From NCBI GenBank assembly GCA_023429985.1, contig JAEZCV010000141.1:1857-65856 (forward strand): a DNA stretch of 64,000 nucleotides. The letters are read 5' to 3'. This DNA is from Bacteroidota bacterium (GTDB taxonomy: Bacteria > Bacteroidota > Bacteroidia > Chitinophagales > Chitinophagaceae). This document shows, in pieces, positions 37,738 to 46,160 of this stretch; position 1 is the first letter of the stretch, and each line of letters begins with the position of its first letter. The notes under the pieces are model-generated. The model searched no databases. It was not told where the DNA came from and worked only from the letters and a program-made list of their open reading frames with translations. A program made the translations under genes and the position numbers.

Positions 37738-38642
37738 TGGAAAGAAAATTCATTTACATAGTTAATCCTGTTTCAGGTACAAAGGATAAAAATCCGCTGA
37801 TTGACCTAATTCGCAGCAGAACCAAGCAGGCTGGTTTTGAATTCGAAATTTATCCATCTGTTGCCAGTGGTGATTATTCTTTTATTTACCCGGTAATTGA
37901 AGAAAAGAAGATAACTGATATTGTTATTGCCGGTGGTGATGGAACCATTAACCAGGTAATAAATGATCTTAGAAAATTTGATGTAAGCTTTGGCATCATT
38001 CCTTCGGGTTCGGGAAATGGACTTGCATTTAGTGCCGGATTAAAAAAAGATCCTTTGTATTCACTTGAAACAATTTTTAAAGGCAATGCAAAATGGACGG
38101 ATGCTTTTACAGTGAATGGGCGGTTTGCCTGCATGCTTTGCGGACTTGGTTTTGATGCACAGGTGGCGCATGATTTTGCAAAAGATCACAGGCGCGGATT
38201 GTTTACCTATATCAAAAAAACCATCAGCAATTTTTTTACTGCACCTGTATATCCATTTGTTATTGATACGGGTGAAAGGCAATTTGCAACCGAATCTTTT
38301 TTTATATCCATAGCAAACAGCAACCAGTTTGGCAATCATTTTACCATTGCACCGGAGGCCAGTTTAACCGATGGTTTGCTCGACATTGTTGTTATAGGCA
38401 AACAAAATAAACTTAGCATGTTGTATTGTGCAGCCAAACAGGTTTGCGGATTTAACCAATTGCAAAAGGTGGACATGATCGATGAAAAAAGTTTGCTGAT
38501 GTATTTTCAGTCAGATAAAATTCAAATTCAAAACCTGCATAAGGCGCCTATGCATATAGACGGAGACCCGGTAGAAACAGCCGAATCAATCGACATAATT
38601 CTGCTGAGGAACTGCTTCAGACTTATTTTTCCCGGCGCGTAG
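37737..38642 (+). CDS. Diacylglycerol kinase family lipid kinase (YegS/DagK-like)
   Basis: IVNPVSG, AGGDGTIN, IIPSGSGNGLA, HIDGD. Confidence 0.93.
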   Translation: MERKFIYIVNPVSGTKDKNPLIDLIRSRTKQAGFEFEIYPSVASGDYSFIYPVIEEKKITDIVIAGGDGTINQVINDLRKFDVSFGIIPSGSGNGLAFSAGLKKDPLYSLETIFKGNAKWTDAFTVNGRFACMLCGLGFDAQVAHDFAKDHRRGLFTYIKKTISNFFTAPVYPFVIDTGERQFATESFFISIANSNQFGNHFTIAPEASLTDGLLDIVVIGKQNKLSMLYCAAKQVCGFNQLQKVDMIDEKSLLMYFQSDKIQIQNLHKAPMHIDGDPVETAESIDIILLRNCFRLIFPGA

Positions 38643-40868
38643 GAGTTGTTCTACTTTTTTAAAATTCTCCAGGTTATAACTTGAGCTCAATGAGGCAGCA
38701 ATGTCGAGCTTTTCTCTTTGAGTGAGGTGGAAATTTAAGGCGGCCTTGTTTTCTTCTTTTTTAGGGATGTATTGAAAATTAAGACTGTAAACAGGGAATT
38801 CTTTGTTATCCATAAAATAGCTCACCATATCTGACTGGAAGTATTCCATCATTTTATACCAGTTGTTTTGCAAAAGGAAAAAAGGTTTTACGGCATTGTC
38901 GGTTAAGTTATCATATTCAAAAGGATGTTCCCATCCTCCATCCATCCGGTCGCGCATTTGAATGATAAGAACGCCCCTTGTGTTTTCTTTTATCCAGTCC
39001 TGCATATGGGAAAGAAATCTTAACGAAGTGGAAACGCCATAATTATCACGAAGGCCTCCATCCATAACATCTATTACAGGTTCGCTGGGAAGCCACACGT
39101 TAGGTAAAACAATGGGGAAGGTGGCATTCATTCTTAATGCGGTAAGCAGTCGTAAGTTATAAGGATCCTGTTTTGCAAAGAAAGTGGTGAAGTCCACAGC
39201 ATCCGGTGTATTATTAGTTACTGTTGAATCCCTTAGCGGTTGCATCATAAAGCGCAGTGGCTGTGTAGAGATCATCATCATTTTGGCATCTCTTGTAACC
39301 ACGTTATGATAAAGGATCAAGGGAATGTTTGCAGATTTTTCATCGGCTACATAATCGCGCAATTTTTTGTTGAGAAACCCGCGGGTGTTTTTATCCAGTG
39401 CTCTTTCAAAAGCAAGGCCGCGGTCGCGGAGATAACTATAGTTGCCATCATTAAATTTTCTTTCCGGAGCAAATATGTCGCGAGCAACAAAAGATGTAAA
39501 GATGGGATTTAAAAGATCATCGGCTATATCATCAACATATTCCTGTGCCTGCAGGTTGATGCCGGGATTATTTAATTTCTGCCGGTACAATTCGCGGAAA
39601 TAAGTGGCGCCAATCATTCCGCCGGAGGCACCCGTTATAAGAAAGGTCTGATTCATGATCTTACCCTTTGTTATGCTGTCGAGATGCTGCAAAACATTCA
39701 TGGTAAATGTGGCACTTCTTGATCCGCCACCGCTGGTGGTTAAGATCACAAGCAGGGGCTTTTCATCATCCTGTTTTTCCTTCCAGTTTTCAAGGATGCC
39801 GATCATGTTTTGTTTATCTGCGTTGCGGTTTGAAGGGCTAGCCAGTCTTTCAAGGTTTTTTTGTGAATATTCAGGTTCCTCCTTTCCAGTAGTATAATTC
39901 ATTCCATAGGCCTTATTTCGTGGATCTATCCATTCGATTTTGTATAGAGAATTTAAAATGAAAAAGAAAGCCAGTAAAGCGGGAACGATCCAGCTTTGAA
40001 AAAAATAAACCAGCGCCCCGATAACACCAACAAGAATGGCTATAAAAAGCGTTATGCTGGCGCCTGCCGGCAGCTGGAAGAATTCGGAATCGAGGAAGAA
40101 GCCAATCAGCAATAGAACAACATATGCGATCAAAAGACTTATAACCGCAGCAAAATGATGTTGTTTAAAAACCTTTTCCATTAATTCGGGCGAATAATGC
40201 GAAACATCTCTTGACCTGCGCACTTTCCAGAAAGACTCAAGGAACCATTCGGTATGGATGATGGACCTGTTGCCTGTATTATGCTCGGGTTGAAGATGAG
40301 AAATATAGTTTTTAGCACTGGTAAAAACAGGCTCCAGTCTTTTTAAAATGGTACGGTCGGCACGAAAAAAATAAAAGAAAGAAACAGCAAGTATCAGCAG
40401 GAAACCTGTAAGAAAACCCAGCGACAGGAAAATGATCTCAACATTTGCAATCAGTTCCTTATAATGCGCATACTGGTAAGCCTTAAGTAAATAGAAAATG
40501 AGAAAGGTTAAAGGAATGACACTGTTGTTTATGCAATATTTTAAAAAAGGAAATTGAGTAGCAGCTAAAAAAGTAACGTGGCGACTGAAAAGAATGAAAG
40601 TGGTGATATTCCAGCACATGATAAAGATGCCAATGGAAATGCCCATTATGGCAGCGCCCAATGGGTTTACATCACCCAGGTATTCGGGGCCCAGGAAAAG
40701 GGATTCAGAGCCGAAATTTTTCATAAATCCACCACCCACAACACTAAAAAGCAGGATCCAGAAAATTAACAGCACCTGGTATTTCCGGAAATGCAGGAAA
40801 AGAAGTTGTACGGGTAACGAATAAAAAATTCCTCTGAGATAATCTTTAATAGAATAGGTTGTTTTCAA
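38586..40868 (-). CDS. Multi-TM membrane protein with C-terminal patatin-like phospholipase domain
   Basis: About 7-8 TM segments, then SGGGSRS (oxyanion), GASGG (nucleophile elbow) and MDGGLRDNYG (catalytic Asp). Confidence 0.8.
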   Translation of the reverse strand: MKTTYSIKDYLRGIFYSLPVQLLFLHFRKYQVLLIFWILLFSVVGGGFMKNFGSESLFLGPEYLGDVNPLGAAIMGISIGIFIMCWNITTFILFSRHVTFLAATQFPFLKYCINNSVIPLTFLIFYLLKAYQYAHYKELIANVEIIFLSLGFLTGFLLILAVSFFYFFRADRTILKRLEPVFTSAKNYISHLQPEHNTGNRSIIHTEWFLESFWKVRRSRDVSHYSPELMEKVFKQHHFAAVISLLIAYVVLLLIGFFLDSEFFQLPAGASITLFIAILVGVIGALVYFFQSWIVPALLAFFFILNSLYKIEWIDPRNKAYGMNYTTGKEEPEYSQKNLERLASPSNRNADKQNMIGILENWKEKQDDEKPLLVILTTSGGGSRSATFTMNVLQHLDSITKGKIMNQTFLITGASGGMIGATYFRELYRQKLNNPGINLQAQEYVDDIADDLLNPIFTSFVARDIFAPERKFNDGNYSYLRDRGLAFERALDKNTRGFLNKKLRDYVADEKSANIPLILYHNVVTRDAKMMMISTQPLRFMMQPLRDSTVTNNTPDAVDFTTFFAKQDPYNLRLLTALRMNATFPIVLPNVWLPSEPVIDVMDGGLRDNYGVSTSLRFLSHMQDWIKENTRGVLIIQMRDRMDGGWEHPFEYDNLTDNAVKPFFLLQNNWYKMMEYFQSDMVSYFMDNKEFPVYSLNFQYIPKKEENKAALNFHLTQREKLDIAASLSSSYNLENFKKVEQLLRAGKNKSEAVPQQNYVD

Positions 40869-40909
40869 ACTGCGACTAAAATACTATTAATTGATAACAG
40901 GGGCAACCT

Positions 40910-41968
40910 TTACGCATATTGTGTTTTTGAACCCAGGAGATAGAGAACATGTACAAGGGAAAGCATAAAAAGCATTCCCACAACCTGGTGCAGTTGGGCC
41001 ATCCATTCAAATTCATTCCATTTATAAGCTCTTATGGCAATACTTGAAATTACCGTAAAAATGCCCAATATGGTTTGCAGTATTACAAAACCAATTGGAA
41101 ATAGCCGGACCCTTTTAAATGCCGGAGTAGCAATTATACGAAATGACTTTATGGTCCAAATTATTACAAGTATCACAAGAAAATAGGCCAGCATTCGGTG
41201 GATGAAATGCACTACAAGTGGATTTTCAATAATGCTTATGATGCCTTCGGGCCGGTTAAAAATTCCCGGGGGAATAAAGCTGCCATTCATGTCGGGCCAG
41301 GTATAAGCTACTGTTGCTGCCCTGTGACCTGCCATCAGCGCTGCCCAGAAAAACTGGATAAACAAAACAGCAATTACCATCCAGGTAAAGTTGGATAATT
41401 TCTTATTATCGACCCGGCTTTCCCGCGGAGTTCTTAATTGAAGGGCAAACCAGTAAGTGTAAAACAGCAGTATCATGGCAAGCACAAAATGCATGGCTAG
41501 TTTTGTTGGGCGCACATAAACAGCATCGCCTGTTAATCCGCTGGCTACCATAATCCAGCCAATTACACCCTGTAAGGCTCCTAATAAAAAAAGGATCAAT
41601 AATGGTTTGATCATCCAGGAAGAAAACCTGCGCTGAAATAGAAAAATAATGAAGGGAATGATAAATACTATACCTATTAACCGGCCCCACAGCCTGTGAA
41701 ACCATTCCCAGAAAAAAATAAATTTAAAATCGCTTAAAGTAAACCCGGAATTGAGTTGTTTAAATTGTTCCGTTTGTTGGTATTTTTCAAACTCGTGCAG
41801 CCACGATGCATTATCCATTGGTGGAAGCACGCCAGTTACTACATTCCATTCTGTAATGGAAAGACCTGAACCTGTAAGTCGGGTGATGCCTCCAAGAATG
41901 ATCTGAACGATGATCATAATTACTCCGACCATCAGCCAGGTTGCAACAGGTTTGGTATTGGGTCTCAT
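40910..41968 (-). CDS. ctaA: Heme A synthase, COX15/CtaA type 2
   Basis: GGITRLTGSGLSITEW, FFWEWFHRLWGR, GWIMVASGL, HFIHR, LHQ; ATG at 41968. Confidence 0.95.
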   Translation of the reverse strand: MRPNTKPVATWLMVGVIMIIVQIILGGITRLTGSGLSITEWNVVTGVLPPMDNASWLHEFEKYQQTEQFKQLNSGFTLSDFKFIFFWEWFHRLWGRLIGIVFIIPFIIFLFQRRFSSWMIKPLLILFLLGALQGVIGWIMVASGLTGDAVYVRPTKLAMHFVLAMILLFYTYWFALQLRTPRESRVDNKKLSNFTWMVIAVLFIQFFWAALMAGHRAATVAYTWPDMNGSFIPPGIFNRPEGIISIIENPLVVHFIHRMLAYFLVILVIIWTIKSFRIIATPAFKRVRLFPIGFVILQTILGIFTVISSIAIRAYKWNEFEWMAQLHQVVGMLFMLSLVHVLYLLGSKTQYA

Positions 41969-41974
41969 GGTGTG

Positions 41975-41982
41975 CAAAGGTA
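41975..41982 (-). promoter_or_regulatory. Bacteroidota -7 element immediately before ctaA
   Basis: TACCTTTG(CAC), 6 nt before the ATG. Confidence 0.7.
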
Positions 41983-42034
41983 AGCTATGATGCATGAAGG
42001 GGAGAATTTAAAGAAAGGGTTGAAGGGGGAGTTG

Positions 42035-42084
42035 GTTGAATAGTTGTTGAACAGTTGTTGAACGGTTGTTGAACAGTTGTTGAA
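42035..42084. repeat. 11-bp tandem repeat, about 4.5 copies (GTTGAAYRGTT)
   Basis: gttgaatagtt gttgaacagtt gttgaacggtt gttgaacagtt gttgaa. Confidence 0.9.
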
Positions 42085-42158
42085 GGGAGTGCGGATTTAG
42101 ATTTCCACATTGGAAAAATTCAATGTTGAATCTTTTATTTTTGGGTGAAACTGGAAAC

Positions 42159-42770
42159 TTGCTGCATTCTTTTTTTGATGAAGTTCTTTTGGAAGCGGGA
42201 TGCGATGAAGCAGGACGTGGCTGTCTCGCCGGTCCGGTGTATGCAGCTGCGGTAATTTTACCTAAGGGTTTTTATCATCCCCTGCTCAACGATTCCAAAC
42301 AACTTAATGAAGATGAGCGATACGAGCTTCGTCCCGTCATTGAGAAAAAAGCCATTGCTTTTGCAGTAGCGGCTTTGTGCAATAAACAAATTGACAAGAT
42401 CAATATTTTAAAAGCATCCTTTAAAAGCATGCATCTTGCCATTAAAAAATTAAATCCGCAACCGCAGTTGCTGTTAATTGATGGAAACAGGTTCACACCT
42501 TATAAAAAAATTCCACATAAGTGCATCATCCAGGGCGATGGCTTATATGCTTCCATTGCAGCAGCCAGTGTACTTGCAAAAACTTACCGCGATGATCATA
42601 TGAAATTGTTGCATAAAAAATATCCTCAATACAACTGGTGTAAGAATAAGGGATATGCTACAAAAGAGCACCAGCAGGCGCTTGAGAAATATGGTCCCTG
42701 TAAATTTCACAGGCTCAGTTTCAGGTTAGATTATTCCATTGAGCAAATACAGGAAGAACCTGCCATTTAA
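42159..42770 (+). CDS. rnhB: Ribonuclease HII
   Basis: GCDEAGRGCLAGPV, LNDSK, IDGN, SIAAASVLAK, NKGY. TTG 42159 preferred because TATTTTTG lies at 42136-42143. Confidence 0.96.
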   Translation: MLHSFFDEVLLEAGCDEAGRGCLAGPVYAAAVILPKGFYHPLLNDSKQLNEDERYELRPVIEKKAIAFAVAALCNKQIDKINILKASFKSMHLAIKKLNPQPQLLLIDGNRFTPYKKIPHKCIIQGDGLYASIAAASVLAKTYRDDHMKLLHKKYPQYNWCKNKGYATKEHQQALEKYGPCKFHRLSFRLDYSIEQIQEEPAI

Positions 42771-42850
42771 GCAGCGTTTCATTTAAAAGGCTTGTCTATG
42801 TATTTGCTGCACCCTTTGGGGCATCTGCCGTAAAATATGGTTGAAGGTTT

Positions 42851-42878
42851 AATACACCGCCTGGAGGGGCGGTGTATT
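42851..42878. terminator. Terminator hairpin between convergent genes
   Basis: AATACACCGCC-tggagg-GGCGGTGTATT. Confidence 0.8.
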
Positions 42879-42880
42879 TA

Positions 42881-43486
42881 TTATTGCCATTCTCCGGCGC
42901 CTTCTCTTACCAATTCTCCGGATCCGGAGGTGAAATCAATAACAGTTGAAGGGATGATACCTCCAATGCCGCCGTCAATTACAAGATCTACCTGTTTCCC
43001 GAAGTTGTCGTGAATAATATCAGGATCGGTATAATCTTCAACATTGTCGCCGGGAAGCGAAGCGCTTAAAATTGGATTACCAAGTTCGCGAACAATGGCG
43101 CGTGCAATATTATTATCCGGAATACGGATACCTACTGTATCTTTTTTTGTTTTCAGAATTTTAGGAACTTCCTTGCTGGCACCTAAAATAAAAGTATACG
43201 GACCAGGAAGATGTTGTTTTAGCGACCGGTAAACAGAAGTATTCATCTGCCGTGCATATTTACTGAGGTCACTAAGGTCGTAGCAGATAAAAGATAAATT
43301 TGCTTTTTGGGGCTGAACATTTTTTAGAGCGCAGATCTTTTCTACTGCTTTATGTTGAGAAATATCACAACCCAAACCATAAATAGTATCAGTTGGATAA
43401 ACTATGATCCCGCCTTTTTTCAAACTATCCACCACCTGCCTGATCAGCCTTTCCTGGGGATTATCAGGATGAATATGTATCAGCAT
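42881..43486 (-). CDS. yciO: Sua5/YciO/YrdC family protein (YciO-like)
   Basis: IHPDNPQERL, YPTDTIYGLGC, LPGPYTFIL, VGIRIPD, PSTVID. Confidence 0.85.
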   Translation of the reverse strand: MLIHIHPDNPQERLIRQVVDSLKKGGIIVYPTDTIYGLGCDISQHKAVEKICALKNVQPQKANLSFICYDLSDLSKYARQMNTSVYRSLKQHLPGPYTFILGASKEVPKILKTKKDTVGIRIPDNNIARAIVRELGNPILSASLPGDNVEDYTDPDIIHDNFGKQVDLVIDGGIGGIIPSTVIDFTSGSGELVREGAGEWQ

Positions 43487-43529
43487 AAACTTATTTATAT
43501 TTCATCCTGCAAAAATCATTCATGAATTA

Positions 43530-44564
43530 TCAATTGGCGATTTCCCAGACTTCATTACCTCTTAATAATTTATCAAGGTCGGCTGGTTTTTTTTCCCTTG
43601 CCCATTCAATCTGCTGGTTCAGCATCGTTTCGTAAGTGGGCCTGTTGTGCTGGTAAAAAACACCAAAAGGTCTTGGAAGGTGGCCTTCCTGCCTCGGGTC
43701 ATCAAACATTCTTGTAAGTATCTGGGCTTTAAAAAGGTCTTTTTCATCGTGTACCCAAAGATCATCCCTACCAATTCCATCCGCAAGGTTTACAACCTTA
43801 GGGGTAAATCCATCGAGCCTGATTCCCTTGTCTTTTGCAGCACCAAAAACCAGTGGCTGGCCATCTTCTAAAAACAAAGCTTCTTCTGCCTTACTCGATT
43901 TTTCGGTAAACATTTCAAATGCACCATCATTAAAGATGTTGCAGTTCTGGTAGATCTCCAGGAATGAAGTACCAACGTGGGCATGAGCGCGTAATAACAT
44001 AGCCTGTAAATGTTTTACATCGCGGTCCATACTGCGGGCTATAAAGCTGGCATCTGCTCCCATAGCAAGCGCTAATGGATTAAAAGGATGGTCAATGCTT
44101 CCCATTGGTGTTGACTTGGTTACTTTATTTTCCTCTGATGTTGGAGAATACTGTCCCTTGGTCAATCCATATATCTGGTTATTGAAAAGAAGAACGTTAA
44201 CATTAAAATTCCTTCTTAGTAAATGAATGGTATGATTTCCACCAATACTCAGGCTGTCGCCATCGCCGGTTACAATCCAAACGCTTAAGTCGGGGCGGGA
44301 AGCTTTTAGGCCGCTGGCAATAGCAGTTGCACGGCCATGAATGGAATGCATACCATATACATTCATGTAATACGGAAAGCGTGAAGAGCAGCCAATCCCT
44401 GAAATGATAGCAATGTTTTCACGCGGAACTCCAAGTGTAGGCATTACTTTCTGTACCTGCGCAAGTATTGAATAATCACCACAGCCGGGACACCAGCGAA
44501 CTTCCTGGTCTGTTGCAAAATCTTTAGGTGTTAAAGATATTGCGGGTGTTGTGGTTGTGTCCAT
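43530..44564 (-). CDS. korB: 2-oxoacid:ferredoxin oxidoreductase beta subunit
   Basis: WCPGCGD, SGIGCSSR, HGRA, GDGD TPP motif, YGLTKGQYSPT. Confidence 0.93.
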   Translation of the reverse strand: MDTTTTPAISLTPKDFATDQEVRWCPGCGDYSILAQVQKVMPTLGVPRENIAIISGIGCSSRFPYYMNVYGMHSIHGRATAIASGLKASRPDLSVWIVTGDGDSLSIGGNHTIHLLRRNFNVNVLLFNNQIYGLTKGQYSPTSEENKVTKSTPMGSIDHPFNPLALAMGADASFIARSMDRDVKHLQAMLLRAHAHVGTSFLEIYQNCNIFNDGAFEMFTEKSSKAEEALFLEDGQPLVFGAAKDKGIRLDGFTPKVVNLADGIGRDDLWVHDEKDLFKAQILTRMFDDPRQEGHLPRPFGVFYQHNRPTYETMLNQQIEWAREKKPADLDKLLRGNEVWEIAN

Positions 44565-44593
44565 AATATTTATGCCCCTCCATGGGACGTTAC

Positions 44594-44944
44594 TTATAAA
44601 TTGTTTCCTGAAAGTTCTTCCCAGAATTCGGCAGCTCTTCTTGTATGGGGTATAACAATGGTTCCTCCAACAATATTGGCAACTGCAAACACTTCGTATA
44701 ATTCTTCGGTGGTTACTCCCAGTTCAAATGATTTTCCTAAATGATATTTTATGCAATCGTCACATCTTAAAACCATGCTGGCTACCAGTCCTAAAAGTTC
44801 TTTTGTTTTTTTATCCAGTGCGCCATCTTCGTAAGTGTTGGTATCAAGGTTCCAGAGCCTTTTCAAAACAAGGTTGTTTTTACTCAGGATCACCCCGTTC
44901 ATTTTTTCCCTGTACTGGTTAAACTCATTAACTATTTCCGACAT
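44594..44944 (-). CDS. Carboxymuconolactone decarboxylase (AhpD-like) family protein
   Basis: GALDKKTKELLGL, RCDDCIKYH CxxC motif. Confidence 0.9.
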   Translation of the reverse strand: MSEIVNEFNQYREKMNGVILSKNNLVLKRLWNLDTNTYEDGALDKKTKELLGLVASMVLRCDDCIKYHLGKSFELGVTTEELYEVFAVANIVGGTIVIPHTRRAAEFWEELSGNNL

Positions 44945-45049
44945 ATTGCAAATTCTGCCTGCAAAAATAGCGATAGAAGTTTGGTTGAGTCGTTGTTTAA
45001 GAGCTGTAGAACAAAATTTGACTAAATTCAGGCAAATTTTTAACGGTTT

Positions 45050-45481
45050 ATGAAAAAATCCTTCCTGGTAACGCTCGGATTAGTAGTAATTGTTGCCATT
45101 TCCATGTCTTTTACAAATGGAGATGAGAAATTGTATAAGAATTTAAAAGTATTGCCTAAAGATATTACCAAGCCCCAGCTGGATAGTGTTATGAAGCATT
45201 TTACTGCTGCATTAAGTGTTAAGTGCAATTTTTGCCATGTAAAAACCGAAGATGGATCAAAATGGGATTTCCCTTCCGACGCCAGCAAACATAAACTTGT
45301 AGCACGCGAAATGATGAAAATGACCAACAAGATCAATAAAAAATTTTTTGATGTTGCCGGTGGAGGAAAAGACATGAATGTTGTGCCGATGGTAACCTGT
45401 TATACATGTCATGGCGGCAAGAAACACCCCTCAGTATTTCCACCTGCAAAAGAAGAAAGATCTGAAAATGCAGGAAAATAA
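45050..45481 (+). CDS. Diheme c-type cytochrome (photosynthetic reaction-centre cytochrome c-like family)
   Basis: Signal peptide, YKNLKVL, CNFCH, AREMMKMT, CYTCH. Confidence 0.88.
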   Translation: MKKSFLVTLGLVVIVAISMSFTNGDEKLYKNLKVLPKDITKPQLDSVMKHFTAALSVKCNFCHVKTEDGSKWDFPSDASKHKLVAREMMKMTNKINKKFFDVAGGGKDMNVVPMVTCYTCHGGKKHPSVFPPAKEERSENAGK

Positions 45482-45532
45482 GCTTGACTGTATCTTCGCG
45501 CAGTGAGCTGACCAATAAAACTGTTTTCAACG

Positions 45533-46159
45533 ATGAAATTTCTCCCGGTAATTTTTTTAATGATGCTGTTTTTTTCCTGCCGGGAAAAAGAAACGCAAAC
45601 CATTGCCCGTCCTAAACTTGTAACAAAGGATTCTGTTCTATCCAAAGCAGATACATTGAATCCATATGCCCCGGTGGATGTTTCTCCCATGGACATAAGC
45701 TATTTTCCCGTTGAATATCCCATTCAGAATATGTATGGAAGAATAGACCCTCCACCAGTGGCCCGAATAATTTACAGCCGCCCGCACAGGCAGGGCCGTG
45801 AAGTTTTTGGCTCTTTATTGAAATATGGAGAACCATGGAGACTGGGCGCTAATGAAGCCACAGAAATAGAGTTTTTTATTCCGGTTGAAATAGGCGGAAA
45901 AGATTTGCAAAAAGGCCGGTATAGTTTATATGTTATTCCTTTTGATGGCCGGTGGACCGTGGTGTTCAACAGTAAACTTGATGTTTGGGGACTTACGCCA
46001 GATCCTTCTAAAGATGTTTTAAAAGTTGATATTCCTGTTCAGGAAACCGATCTGAGAACTGAATATTTCAGTATGGTTTTTCAGAAAGCACCACAGGGTG
46101 CCGACCTTGTAATGGCATGGGATAAGATCGTTGCCAAATTGCCCATTAAATTCAATTGA
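45533..46159 (+). CDS. DUF2911 family lipoprotein
   Basis: Lipobox FFSC; YSRP...GREVFG...PWRLGANEAT, GRYSLYVIP. Confidence 0.9.
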   Translation: MKFLPVIFLMMLFFSCREKETQTIARPKLVTKDSVLSKADTLNPYAPVDVSPMDISYFPVEYPIQNMYGRIDPPPVARIIYSRPHRQGREVFGSLLKYGEPWRLGANEATEIEFFIPVEIGGKDLQKGRYSLYVIPFDGRWTVVFNSKLDVWGLTPDPSKDVLKVDIPVQETDLRTEYFSMVFQKAPQGADLVMAWDKIVAKLPIKFN

Positions 46160-46160
46160 T

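Noticed and set aside
42035..42084. CRISPR array
   Set aside because: Units are 11 bp and contiguous with no spacers, and there are no cas genes in the window.
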